Positions 18,408-27,914 of a stretch of DNA of 32,000 nucleotides are shown here, piece by piece. The stretch is from Fastidiosibacter lacustris. Its GTDB lineage: Bacteria; Pseudomonadota; Gammaproteobacteria; Francisellales; Francisellaceae. Both the position numbers and the translations under genes were made by a program. The DNA is taken from positions 1-32,000 of the forward strand of contig NZ_QLIR01000008.1 of assembly GCF_003428155.1 (NCBI RefSeq), in the 5' to 3' direction. The notes below the pieces were generated by a model. It was not told the origin of the DNA. It ran no database searches and was given only the letters and a program-made list of their open reading frames with translations. Within the stretch, counting starts at the first letter, position 1, and the number at the start of each line of letters is the position of its first letter.

Positions 18408-19139
18408 TTATTTAAAATATGCTTCTAATTGATCTGCTCCACCAATATGCTGACCATCAATATAAATTTGAGGCACCGTCTGCTTGCCTGTGACTGCTCT
18501 TAATGAGCGAACAGACGCACTCTCACCAAGAACGATTTCTTCAAACAACATACCTTTTTCAGTCAATAATTTTTTTGCTCTAGCACAGTGTGGGCAGCCA
18601 GGTTTTGTAAAAATAGTTACTTCTTTTGGCAAGCTTTCATTAGGTGAAATGTATTTTAACATTGTATCAGCATCCGAAACTTCAAATGGATCGCCTGGCT
18701 TACTTGGTTCAATAAACATCTTATTGATTACCCCATTTTTTACTAGCATAGAATATCTCCATGAGCGTTTACCAAAGCCCAAATCATGCTTATCTACCAA
18801 CAAACCCATCTTTTCAGTGAACTCCCCATTTCCATCTGGAATAAAGCGGATATTTTCTGCTTTTTGATCTTTTTTCCACGCATTCATAACAAAGGTGTCA
18901 TTAACAGACAGACACACAATTGCATCTACACCATGTTTTTTAAAAAGTGGGAATAACTCGTTGTAACGCGGCACATGCGAAGATGAGCAAGTAGGTGTAA
19001 AAGCACCTGGCAATGAAAACACAATAACGTTTTTACCTCTGAAAAGATCATCTGTTGTTACATCCTGCCACTTGCCATCTTGAATTGTTTTAAAGGTAAC
19101 GTTTGGCACAGGCTGTGATTCTAAATTTTTAAACATCAT
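18408..19139 (-). CDS. Hybrid peroxiredoxin (Prx5-type)-glutaredoxin
   Basis: N-terminal FSLPGAFTPTCS peroxidatic Cys motif and C-terminal TKPGCPHCARAK glutaredoxin motif, as in Haemophilus PGdx. Confidence 0.92.
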   Translation of the reverse strand: MMFKNLESQPVPNVTFKTIQDGKWQDVTTDDLFRGKNVIVFSLPGAFTPTCSSSHVPRYNELFPLFKKHGVDAIVCLSVNDTFVMNAWKKDQKAENIRFIPDGNGEFTEKMGLLVDKHDLGFGKRSWRYSMLVKNGVINKMFIEPSKPGDPFEVSDADTMLKYISPNESLPKEVTIFTKPGCPHCARAKKLLTEKGMLFEEIVLGESASVRSLRAVTGKQTVPQIYIDGQHIGGADQLEAYFK

Positions 19140-19341
19140 ATTTCTCCTTGCGTTTTGTTGATTGTGAGTCTTTTGACTTGGGTTACTATATCACTTGATT
19201 GCTACAACTTTAAATATATCATTCATTTATTTTTAATAAACTTTTCTTATAAATAGAACGCTATAACTTACTCGACAGGATAAAGATAGCGCTGTATTCT
19301 TGCACTACTACAAGAATATAGAAACAACTAAGGAATAAAGA

Positions 19342-21486
19342 ATGAATCATCAACATTTTACAACCATTCATGGTATAAGCGTTCACTATAACAAAAAAAT
19401 GCTTAATTTCGATAACTTAGACCATATCACCTCTGCACTTGATAACCACAAAGGGATGATGCTGTCATCTGGTATCGAGTATCCAGGGCGTTATAATCGT
19501 TGGGAACTAGGATTTATCAATCCACCTGTTGAAATTATTGCTTACCAAGACGAGGTTAAGTTTAAGGCACTTAATCCACGAGGGGAAATCATTCTTAAAA
19601 TTCTTTTACCTATTTTCGACGCTCATACAGAACTCTCTATTACAACTCTCAGTCATTCTGAATTTCATTTACACATTCATTTTAGCAAAAAAATTTTCAG
19701 TGAAGAGCAAAGAAGCCAACAACCTTCGGTTGCCACTCCTTTGAGCATTATAAATGAAGAATTTCGACAGTTAAAAGATAATATGCTTGGTCTTTTTGGC
19801 GCATTTGCTTATGATCTTATTTTCGCATTTGAGTCATCCAAACTTAACCATATGCGTGATCAAAACAATAAGCTTTATCACCTGTTTTTTGCAGATCATG
19901 TTTATGTTATCGATAAACAAAAAGAGCTTAGTTTTGAGCTTAAGCTTGAATTATCAAATAATGAGCTTAATACGCAAAGTCAATCCACTACATCTTTTAA
20001 TACACTGACAAGTGACAAAGGAAAATTTAAATCCCTTTCTACCATTGAAACTTCTTTAACGGATGATGAATATGTCAACCTTGTCAAATTGGCTAAAGAA
20101 GAAATGAGAAAAGGAAATATATTTGAAATCGTTTATAGCCGATTATTTAGTGCTAAAGTGTCTGGTTCTGCAGCGAATTTATATCAGACTTTAAAAACGA
20201 TGAATCCAAGCCCTTATGAATTTTATTGCCAATTAGGTGATGAACAAATTATTGGGACTTCCCCTGAAATGTTTGTACGTTGTGAAGGCAAAGAAATTGA
20301 ATCTTGCCCAATTTCAGGCACCATTCGCCGTGGCAACAATGCTATGGAAGATGAGCTTAAAATTCGTGAACTACTTAATTCATACAAAGATGAAGTCGAA
20401 CTTACCATGTGTACCGATGTTGATAGAAATGACAAAGCGCGTATTTGTGAAGCTGATAGTATCAAGCTTATTTCTAGGCGGACTATTGAACGCTATGTTG
20501 GACTCTTTCATACTGTTGATCATGTAAAAGGTAAGCTTAGAGATGGATATAATGGTTTAGATGCTTTTTTAAGCCACATGTGGGCAGTCACTTTAACAGG
20601 CTCCCCTAAAAAGCGTGCGGTTGAACTGATTGAAAAAAATGAAGTCCAAACACGAAATTGGTACGGTGGTGCAATTGGTTGCTTAGGCTTTAATGGTGAT
20701 ATGAACTCAACCATCACCATCCGAACGGTACATTTAAAAAATAACCACGCCTATTATCAATCAGGTGCAACACTTGTATGGGATTCCAAACCACAAGAAG
20801 AAGCACTTGAGACAATTATCAAAGCCACTACTTTTTATAAGGGATTGGGGCAATTTAATCCTACAACAAAAGCTAAAGCTTGGATACCACAATGCTTTGA
20901 TCATGTTAATGCAATTATGATCGACCACGAAGATTCATTCGTCCATACTCTAGCTAGCTATTTTAGAAAATTAGGGGTTAAACTTGAAACCTTCCGTACA
21001 GGCACAATTAGCACTCAAGCAATTATCGATAAAAAACCTGACCTTATCATTTACTCCCCAGGTCCTGGCACTCCTTCTGACTTTGCTTTGCCACAAATGA
21101 TTCAAGAAATTACCAAAGCAAGTATTCCACAATTTGGAGTATGCTTAGGTTTACAAGGTATGTTTGAAGCATTTGGTGGCAAACTTAAGCTGCTGAGTAA
21201 TCCCATGCACGGCAAAACTTGGAAGCTTAAGCATAAAGGAAAGCTGTTTGATAACATTGACCAAGGTTGTGTTGTTGCCGCCTATCATTCGATTATCGCT
21301 GATCCTACTTCCTTACCCAAAACCTTAAAAGTTACTTCCACGAATGAACATGGTGATATCATGTCCATAGAACATAACGAAAAACCTGCTATTGCTGTGC
21401 AATTTCACCCTGAGTCCATTTTAACATTACACGATGACACTGGCTTGAAATTAGTGCACAATGCTTTGCTAAGCTTGTGTCAATAA
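19342..21486 (+). CDS. trpE: Fused anthranilate synthase TrpE(G), components I and II
   Basis: N-terminal EYPGRYNRWELGFINPP, typical of the fused TrpE(G) class. Chorismate-binding core (SPEMFVR, GGAIG). C-terminal glutamine amidotransferase with GVCLGLQ and VQFHPES. Confidence 0.9.
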   Translation: MNHQHFTTIHGISVHYNKKMLNFDNLDHITSALDNHKGMMLSSGIEYPGRYNRWELGFINPPVEIIAYQDEVKFKALNPRGEIILKILLPIFDAHTELSITTLSHSEFHLHIHFSKKIFSEEQRSQQPSVATPLSIINEEFRQLKDNMLGLFGAFAYDLIFAFESSKLNHMRDQNNKLYHLFFADHVYVIDKQKELSFELKLELSNNELNTQSQSTTSFNTLTSDKGKFKSLSTIETSLTDDEYVNLVKLAKEEMRKGNIFEIVYSRLFSAKVSGSAANLYQTLKTMNPSPYEFYCQLGDEQIIGTSPEMFVRCEGKEIESCPISGTIRRGNNAMEDELKIRELLNSYKDEVELTMCTDVDRNDKARICEADSIKLISRRTIERYVGLFHTVDHVKGKLRDGYNGLDAFLSHMWAVTLTGSPKKRAVELIEKNEVQTRNWYGGAIGCLGFNGDMNSTITIRTVHLKNNHAYYQSGATLVWDSKPQEEALETIIKATTFYKGLGQFNPTTKAKAWIPQCFDHVNAIMIDHEDSFVHTLASYFRKLGVKLETFRTGTISTQAIIDKKPDLIIYSPGPGTPSDFALPQMIQEITKASIPQFGVCLGLQGMFEAFGGKLKLLSNPMHGKTWKLKHKGKLFDNIDQGCVVAAYHSIIADPTSLPKTLKVTSTNEHGDIMSIEHNEKPAIAVQFHPESILTLHDDTGLKLVHNALLSLCQ

Positions 21487-21499
21487 AAGGTTTATCGAT

Positions 21500-22585
21500 A
21501 TGAAGGTATTAACAATAGGTGGCGCCACACTAGATACGATTATCGAATATGAACAAATGGAAACGATGGAAATTCAAAAACCACATACTAAACAATCATA
21601 TTTGCTTTTAGAAGAGGGCGCTAAAATTGAAGTCACTAATCAGAAATGTTTTAGTGGTGGAGGCGCAACCAATGCAGCAGTTTCCTTACAAAAGCTTGGT
21701 TTTAATGTACGCTTTTTTGGTAAAGTAGGTAAAGACAATATTGGTCAGTCACTGCTGCAAGAATTACAAAATCAAGGTGTAGATATCTCAATAGTACGCT
21801 TTTCTAGCCACTATGGGACTGCTACTTCATATGTTATTCCCTCTTTAAAGGGAGATAGAACCATTTTTGCTTATCGTGGTGCTAATCGCGATTTACTTAC
21901 TGAAGACTTACCAGTTGATGCTATTAAACAAGCTGACTTTGTTTATGTGACCTCTTTAAGCAAATCGTCAGCATCCCAGTTACCCCAGATCGTCAAGCTT
22001 GCACAACGTTATGATACCAAGGTTGCCATTAACCCAGGCTATAGCCAACTAGAAGTTGGTAGTAGCTTTATTTTAGAAGCAATAAGTGGCATTGACATCC
22101 TCATCATGAACTACCAAGAAGCACAAAAACTTATGAGTTCTCTTTTAAGCTGTGAAGAAGCTCCACAATCTGAAGAAAGCCTTGATCACCATCAAAACTT
22201 ACTTGAAACCCAACCAATTTACCAAGATAGTTTTTTCTCACTCAAAAGCTTCTTCCAAAAAGCATTAAGCCTTGGTCCAAAAATTGTAGTAGTTACTAAT
22301 GGTTGTGAGGGTGTTTACGTTGCAACTGAAAAGAAAATGTACTTTCATCCAGCACTTAAAGTAGACAATATCATCAATACATTAGGTGCTGGAGATGCCT
22401 TTGGTTCAAGCTTCTGTGGTGCAATTTATGCTGGAGAAAGCATTCATACAGCGATCTGTTATGGACTTGTCAACAGCGCTTCTGTTATTCAATATCACGA
22501 TGCCAAAACCGGGTTGCTTGATAAAGCTGAAATCACTAAACGAATTATAAATATTCCCAATCAACTGGGTATTGTTGAATGGTAA
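21500..22585 (+). CDS. PfkB-family carbohydrate/nucleoside kinase, substrate unknown
   Basis: GGGATNAAVSLQKLG near the N-terminus and the NTLGAGDAFGSSF anion-hole motif near the C-terminus. An acidic ~40 aa insertion (SCEEAPQSEESLDHHQNLLETQP...) precedes the last third. Confidence 0.8.
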   Translation: MKVLTIGGATLDTIIEYEQMETMEIQKPHTKQSYLLLEEGAKIEVTNQKCFSGGGATNAAVSLQKLGFNVRFFGKVGKDNIGQSLLQELQNQGVDISIVRFSSHYGTATSYVIPSLKGDRTIFAYRGANRDLLTEDLPVDAIKQADFVYVTSLSKSSASQLPQIVKLAQRYDTKVAINPGYSQLEVGSSFILEAISGIDILIMNYQEAQKLMSSLLSCEEAPQSEESLDHHQNLLETQPIYQDSFFSLKSFFQKALSLGPKIVVVTNGCEGVYVATEKKMYFHPALKVDNIINTLGAGDAFGSSFCGAIYAGESIHTAICYGLVNSASVIQYHDAKTGLLDKAEITKRIINIPNQLGIVEW

Positions 22586-22586
22586 A

Positions 22587-24167
22587 TCAGTGCTCTCTCG
22601 TAGCTAAGAATCGAATATCAGAATTACGCTCTTGTGCCATTTGTAAGTTAACACGTGTCGTAGCCAAATAAGTTAAATGATTACCACCATCTAGTGCTAG
22701 ATTATCAGTATATTTATTTTTAAACTGTTCAAGCTTTTTCTTATCACTGCATTCAATCCAACGTGAAGCAATAACATTGACCTGTTCATAACTACACTTC
22801 ACACCATATTCATGTTCAAGCCTATGTGCAACTACATCAAACTGCAATACTCCTATTGCACCCAAAATAAGATCATTATTGTTAAGTGGTCTAAACACTT
22901 GTGTGGCTCCCTCTTCTGATAACTGAATCAATCCTTTTAATAAGGCTTTCATTTTCAGTGGGTCATTTAAACGTACTCGGCGAAAAAGTTCAGGCGCAAA
23001 GTTTGGAATACCTGTGTATTTCATCATTTCACCTTGGGTGAAGGTATCTCCTATTTGAATTGTGCCATGATTATGTAGACCAATGATATCGCCAGGATAA
23101 GCTTCATCTAAGGTCTCACGCTCTCCTGCAACAAAAGTCAGGGCATTTGAAATTTGTACTTGTTTATTTAAACGCACATGTTGTAACTTCATGCCTTTTT
23201 TATACATTCCTGAGCAAATTCTAAAAAAAGCAATTCGATCACGGTGTTGTGGATCCATATTGGCTTGAATTTTAAATACAAAACCAGTTAGAGGTTCTTC
23301 GTTAGCATGAACTTCACGTATATCCGTCATTCGAGGGGTCGGCGAAGGCGCGAACTTAGTAAACATATCTAACATTTCTTTCACACCAAAATTAGCCAAC
23401 GCTGTCCCAAAAAAAACTGGGGTTAATTCACCTTTTCGATATTTTTCTAAATCGAATTCATGACTGGCCCCCTTAACAAGCGCAACCTCTTCTCTTAACT
23501 CTTCAGCAAAATAGCCTATTGTTTCATCCAACTCTGGGTTTTCTAACCCTTTTATGATCCTATAGTTATAGATATGGTGACCATGCCCTGCCTCAAATAA
23601 GATCACTTCATCTTTATATAGGTGATACACGCCTTTAAATGCCTTGCCTGAAGCAATAGGCCAAGTCATAGGAGCACATTGGATCTTAAGCACATCTTCT
23701 ACCTCATCCATAAGCTCCATAGGATCACGCGTATCACGATCAAACTTATTGATAAACGTTAAAATAGGGGTTGTGCGTAAGCGACAAACTTCCATAAGTT
23801 TAATCGTACGCTCTTCTACCCCTTTAACACCATCAATTACCATTAAAGCAGAATCAACTGCAGTAAGCGTGCGATAAGTATCTTCTGAGAAATCTTCATG
23901 GCCTGGTGTATCTAAAAGATTAACAATACAATGATTATAAGGAAACTGCATTACAGATGTGGTAACAGAAATACCTCGTTGCTTTTCTAACTCCATCCAA
24001 TCGGACGTTGCATGACGCCCTGATTTTTTACCTTTCACTGTTCCTGCTAACTGAATTAAGTTTCCAAATAATAACATTTTTTCTGTTAAAGTTGTTTTAC
24101 CCGCATCTGGATGCGAGATAATCGCAAATGTGCGACGCTTATTAAGCGCCTGTAAAAACTCAGACAT
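22587..24167 (-). CDS. prfC: Peptide chain release factor 3
   Basis: 526 aa GTPase with [16 protein letters not shown] and DTPGHEDF, collinear with RF3. Confidence 0.97.
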   Translation of the reverse strand: MSEFLQALNKRRTFAIISHPDAGKTTLTEKMLLFGNLIQLAGTVKGKKSGRHATSDWMELEKQRGISVTTSVMQFPYNHCIVNLLDTPGHEDFSEDTYRTLTAVDSALMVIDGVKGVEERTIKLMEVCRLRTTPILTFINKFDRDTRDPMELMDEVEDVLKIQCAPMTWPIASGKAFKGVYHLYKDEVILFEAGHGHHIYNYRIIKGLENPELDETIGYFAEELREEVALVKGASHEFDLEKYRKGELTPVFFGTALANFGVKEMLDMFTKFAPSPTPRMTDIREVHANEEPLTGFVFKIQANMDPQHRDRIAFFRICSGMYKKGMKLQHVRLNKQVQISNALTFVAGERETLDEAYPGDIIGLHNHGTIQIGDTFTQGEMMKYTGIPNFAPELFRRVRLNDPLKMKALLKGLIQLSEEGATQVFRPLNNNDLILGAIGVLQFDVVAHRLEHEYGVKCSYEQVNVIASRWIECSDKKKLEQFKNKYTDNLALDGGNHLTYLATTRVNLQMAQERNSDIRFLATREH

Positions 24168-24370
24168 AGTCAGTTCCTATATATTAAATAAATTAACCCT
24201 TGCTTTACTTATACCCATTACAAACCATTTTACAGCTTTGTTTGCGTTGTATTTTCAATGGATATAGCACGCGTACTAGTTTATGCAGGTGCAAAGCGTA
24301 CTCATTTTAACTAAAAATGTAAAAACTTAAATGAAAATAGATTACAACCTACGTCCTATTCCAGCTAACC

Positions 24371-24574
24371 TCATTGTGGTGAATGCTCAATGATTTTATC
24401 AACATCAGCAAAACTAATTTTTTTCACGCCAAATGGCATTTCTAGCATCACGTATTCAAAAGAGATATGTTTAAGCACACCAACATAAGAGACATTGTGA
24501 GATTTAACCGTCACAATGCTTTGCTTATTATACATACTAAACAACCATCGTTTTGTTTTTTCTGTTATTTGCAT
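24371..24574 (-). CDS. Small hypothetical protein (67 aa), possibly Sm-like fold
   Basis: Strong SD GGAGAGG 9 nt upstream of ATG 24574. The pattern IVTVKSHNVSYVGVLKHISFEYVMLEM...KKISFADVDKI is reminiscent of Sm1/Sm2 strands. I recognise no family. Confidence 0.5.
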   Translation of the reverse strand: MQITEKTKRWLFSMYNKQSIVTVKSHNVSYVGVLKHISFEYVMLEMPFGVKKISFADVDKIIEHSPQ

Positions 24575-24652
24575 GATTGCCTACCTCTCCAATTTTGTAG
24601 AGTTAATAATAGAAAGGAAAATCACAAAACACAATAATCAAAATGGTCAATA

Positions 24653-25258
24653 TTATGCTCCACTGTGAAAGCGAAAATTATCGTCAGGCGCTTCAATCAA
24701 CTCTTTTTCTATTTGTGCAAAACGCTTAATGTGCTTATTAATATCATCGCTGGCATAACCATGTGCAAAATTCAAATAAATTGTAAAGTGGCGCTGCTCT
24801 GAAGCAAGTAAACCCAGATAGAATTTTTGTAACTCATTATCTAAAAAAGGGGCGATTGCACCAAAGCGCTCACAAGACCTAGCTTCAATAAATGCCCCTA
24901 CAATGAGTGTGTCAACTAAGCGTCCTTCTTCGGATGTCCGTACTTGTGTTTTTAGCGTTCTGACATAACGTGATTCACTTAGTAATCTATATTCGATCTT
25001 ACGTTTTTTCAAAATATTCAGTACTTGCTCAAAATGCACAAGTTCTTCACGCGCAATCTTTGACATCCTTAGCAATAAATCAGGATGCTCTGTAGATTTT
25101 CGATACATAAAGCTTATCGCAGCCGATGCAGCTTTCTTTTCACAATGCGCATGATCTAAAAGCATAATATCCTGATGCTCAAGCGCCTTATTAATCCAAG
25201 TCTGAGGCGTTTTACACGGTAAAAATGTATTTATTGTACTTTGATCGTAATATCCCAT
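24653..25258 (-). CDS. miaE: tRNA-(ms2io6A37)-hydroxylase, diiron
   Basis: LLDHAHCEKKAAS...AREELVHFEQV...IEARSCERF...SEQRHF, the ferritin-like diiron ligand motifs of MiaE. Confidence 0.88.
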   Translation of the reverse strand: MGYYDQSTINTFLPCKTPQTWINKALEHQDIMLLDHAHCEKKAASAAISFMYRKSTEHPDLLLRMSKIAREELVHFEQVLNILKKRKIEYRLLSESRYVRTLKTQVRTSEEGRLVDTLIVGAFIEARSCERFGAIAPFLDNELQKFYLGLLASEQRHFTIYLNFAHGYASDDINKHIKRFAQIEKELIEAPDDNFRFHSGA

Positions 25259-25261
25259 AGC

Positions 25262-26773
25262 TTACTCTTGATTATGGATATCAACAGATCCCAATCGCCT
25301 TACTGTGCTTGTATCCTGATTTTTTCGTTTATTCAATAAGCAGGCAAAATAAGCTTCATTAATACCTCCTGTAACGTAATTGCCATCAAAAACTGATGTA
25401 TCAAAGTGCGTTAATTGTGGCGCATTTTTATTAACAGCTTGAATTAAATCATCAATACTTAAGTAAAATAAATGATCAACACCAATCCATTTTGCAATTT
25501 GATCAATACTACGATTATGTCCAACAAGCTCCTCGTGTGTTGGCATGTCAATACCATACACGTTCGGGTATCTCACAACAGGAGCCGTTGACACAATCGA
25601 AACTTTTCTTGCGCCTGCTTTTCTTGCCATTTCTACAATTAACTTTGAAGTATTACCACGCACAATTGAGTCATCGACCAAAAGCACATGTTTACCTTTA
25701 AATTCATGATCAATCGTATTGAGTTTTTTGCGAATCGATTTTTGCCGCGCAATTTGATTGGGCATAATAAATGTCCGTCCTACATAGCGATTTTTGACAA
25801 AGCCTTCACGATATGGCACATCTAATACACATGATAATGGCAGTGCCGCATGGCGTCCTGAATCAGGTACGGGAATTACCACGTCAATATCATGTTTAGA
25901 TAACTCCCTTAAAATATTTGTTCCAGCAATTCTTCCCATTTCCAAACGTGCACTATAAACCGAAGCACCATCAATGACTGAATCAGGCCTTGCCAAATAA
26001 ACATATTCAAATATACAAGGTGACAAACGAGCATTCATAGCACACACTTTACGCTCAAGTTGACCATCAAGATTGATAAAAATTGCTTCTCCTGCTTTTA
26101 AGTCGCCCATCACCTCATAACCATCACAGTCAAGCGCAACGGTTTCAGAGGCCACCATATACTCAATTACACCATTGATTTCTTTTTTGCCTAACACTAG
26201 CGGTCGAATACCATGAGGATCACGAAAGGCAAATAACCCAGCTCCAGCGATCACCCCCACCACTGCATAACCACCAATACAGCGCTGATAAACTCGACGC
26301 ATGGCATTAAAGAAAATTTCCGTAGAAAAATTAGTCAAGGAAACTTCCGCTTTATGCAATTCTGCTGCAAGCACATTTAACAAAAGTTCTGAATCAGAAC
26401 TGGTATTAATATGACGAAAATCATGTTCTAATAAGTTTTTACGAATCTCATCCGTATTAATTAGATTACCATTATGCGCAAGTGCAATCCCATAAGGTGA
26501 ATTCACATAAAAAGGTTGTGCCTCAAACTCACTATCTGAGCCTGCTGTTGGATAACGCACATGCCCAATACCTAAGTTACCCTGTAAGCGCTCCATATGT
26601 CTTGTACGAATTGCCTCAACCACCAAACCTTTGTCCTTACGTAAGGACATGTGATAACCATCACAAGTCAAAATACCAGCCGCATCTTGACCACGATGCT
26701 GCAACATAGTTAACGCGTCAAAGATTTTTTGGTTTACGGCTTCTTTACCAAGGATACCCACCACACCACACAT
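25262..26773 (-). CDS. purF: Amidophosphoribosyltransferase
   Basis: N-terminal MCGVVGI (Ntn Cys), a PRTase motif VLLVDDSIVRGNT, and 503 aa length. Confidence 0.97.
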   Translation of the reverse strand: MCGVVGILGKEAVNQKIFDALTMLQHRGQDAAGILTCDGYHMSLRKDKGLVVEAIRTRHMERLQGNLGIGHVRYPTAGSDSEFEAQPFYVNSPYGIALAHNGNLINTDEIRKNLLEHDFRHINTSSDSELLLNVLAAELHKAEVSLTNFSTEIFFNAMRRVYQRCIGGYAVVGVIAGAGLFAFRDPHGIRPLVLGKKEINGVIEYMVASETVALDCDGYEVMGDLKAGEAIFINLDGQLERKVCAMNARLSPCIFEYVYLARPDSVIDGASVYSARLEMGRIAGTNILRELSKHDIDVVIPVPDSGRHAALPLSCVLDVPYREGFVKNRYVGRTFIMPNQIARQKSIRKKLNTIDHEFKGKHVLLVDDSIVRGNTSKLIVEMARKAGARKVSIVSTAPVVRYPNVYGIDMPTHEELVGHNRSIDQIAKWIGVDHLFYLSIDDLIQAVNKNAPQLTHFDTSVFDGNYVTGGINEAYFACLLNKRKNQDTSTVRRLGSVDIHNQE

Positions 26774-27091
26774 AAAAATTTTATTCCAATTAGCTATTTG
26801 AAAGCATGATTATTTTAACAAAAAAATTATTCATTTGGTGGTTTTTATGTATCAGTTTCATAACATTATTGATTTACTTCCAATAAACGCTTTAGCAAAA
26901 ATTAAAACCACTATTACTGTCTAATTTGCACGCAGAAGTTACAAAAAGGCAAAAAATTAACTTTTTTGTGTTTTTTTTCAAAAAAAACAATGATCAAACT
27001 TGCTTTTCTACCCCGATTTCATTAGGCTTTGGCTGGTAATTGCGTTTAAGTTACTTTTGAAGCTTTTTCAAACAAAAACAGGAGAGTATAT

Positions 27092-27736
27092 ATGAAGAAA
27101 ATAATCGCAACAAGCATCGTAGCTGCGGCACTTATCAGTGGTTCTGCATTTGCAGCCAATGCTCAAACAGGTATGGTTATGGGTGGTAACCTTGGTTACA
27201 CAATGCCATCTGGTGATTTTAAAAATATAGGTAATAATCAAAATTATTTTGGTCCAAACTCTGGCGCTAATAATAAAAACGGTAATATTGCTGGTGGTTT
27301 ATTTGCTGGCTTTGATTATGCTATTAGCCCAATGTTTAGCCTTGGTGCTGAAGTTGGTGTGCAATATGCTAATCAATTTGCTAAATACTCACTAGCTAAT
27401 GTAAGCGGAAAAGCTAATTTATTAAGTATTCCGTTATTCTTAGTTGGTAAATTCTATATTCCAGGAGTAGATGGACTAAATGTATTTGGTAAAGCTGGCT
27501 ATGCTTATAATCAGCTTGGCGTAAAAGTAGAAGCCGCAGGCGTTAAAACAACTATAAATGACAATCGTTTTGATCCAGTGGTTGCTGCTGGTGTTGGTTA
27601 TAAAATTGGTCAAGCTAATATCTTTGCTCAATACCAATACAACTGGCTAAAATACCAACAAGATTCCGCCACACCAAAATTAAAAGGTGGTCTCAGCACT
27701 ATTTCTCTAGGATTATCGTACACTCTTCCTATGTAA
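27092..27736 (+). CDS. Small outer-membrane beta-barrel protein (OMP_b-brl/opacity-porin-like)
   Basis: Signal peptide MKKIIATSIVAAALISGSAFA, alternating Gly/aromatic beta-strand pattern, and SD GGAGAG upstream. Confidence 0.7.
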   Translation: MKKIIATSIVAAALISGSAFAANAQTGMVMGGNLGYTMPSGDFKNIGNNQNYFGPNSGANNKNGNIAGGLFAGFDYAISPMFSLGAEVGVQYANQFAKYSLANVSGKANLLSIPLFLVGKFYIPGVDGLNVFGKAGYAYNQLGVKVEAAGVKTTINDNRFDPVVAAGVGYKIGQANIFAQYQYNWLKYQQDSATPKLKGGLSTISLGLSYTLPM

Positions 27737-27766
27737 TTTTTTTACATACTAGTTTCTTATTTTTTG

Positions 27767-27794
27767 TCAGGCGCCTTGTGCGCCTGATTTGTTT
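27767..27794 (+). terminator. Rho-independent terminator after the OMP gene
   Basis: TCAGGCGC-cttgt-GCGCCTGA, an 8 bp GC-rich stem, followed by TTTGTTT. Confidence 0.85.
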
Positions 27795-27914
27795 ATTAAT
27801 CCGCTTTAGTGTTTTTCTATCTTGGTCTTACCAATACATGTACAACTAAAAATATTGCCTATCAGCATAGCTAAAGGGTACTATTTCACTATAAAAAATA
27901 TAAATCAAATCTAA

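Noticed and set aside
18484-18867. 127 aa plus-strand ORF antisense to the peroxiredoxin-glutaredoxin gene
   Set aside because: It lies entirely within a confidently identified gene on the other strand and has no independent signals.
19140-19341. Looked for a trp leader peptide/attenuator or OxyR-type site between prx-grx and trpE(G)
   Set aside because: There is no short ORF with tandem Trp codons and no terminator/antiterminator pair. The ATAG...CTAT elements have the wrong spacing for the OxyR consensus. Only the 8 bp palindrome, reported separately, stands out.
19529-20720. Short alternative-frame and antisense ORFs inside trpE(G) (19529..19744, 19787..20008, 20237..20527, 20223..20465, 20520..20720)
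   Set aside because: They are embedded in a well-supported 714 aa CDS, and their sequences are low-complexity frame artefacts.
26806-26886. 26-codon hydrophobic ORF MIILTKKLFIWWFLCISFITLLIYFQ with tandem Trp codons in the purF/OMP intergenic region
   Set aside because: It is tempting as a type I toxin-like small membrane peptide or a leader peptide. But the SD is weak, and in AT-rich DNA F/I/L/K-rich short ORFs arise readily by chance. It is also not upstream of any trp gene. Ribosome profiling or conservation would be needed to revive it.
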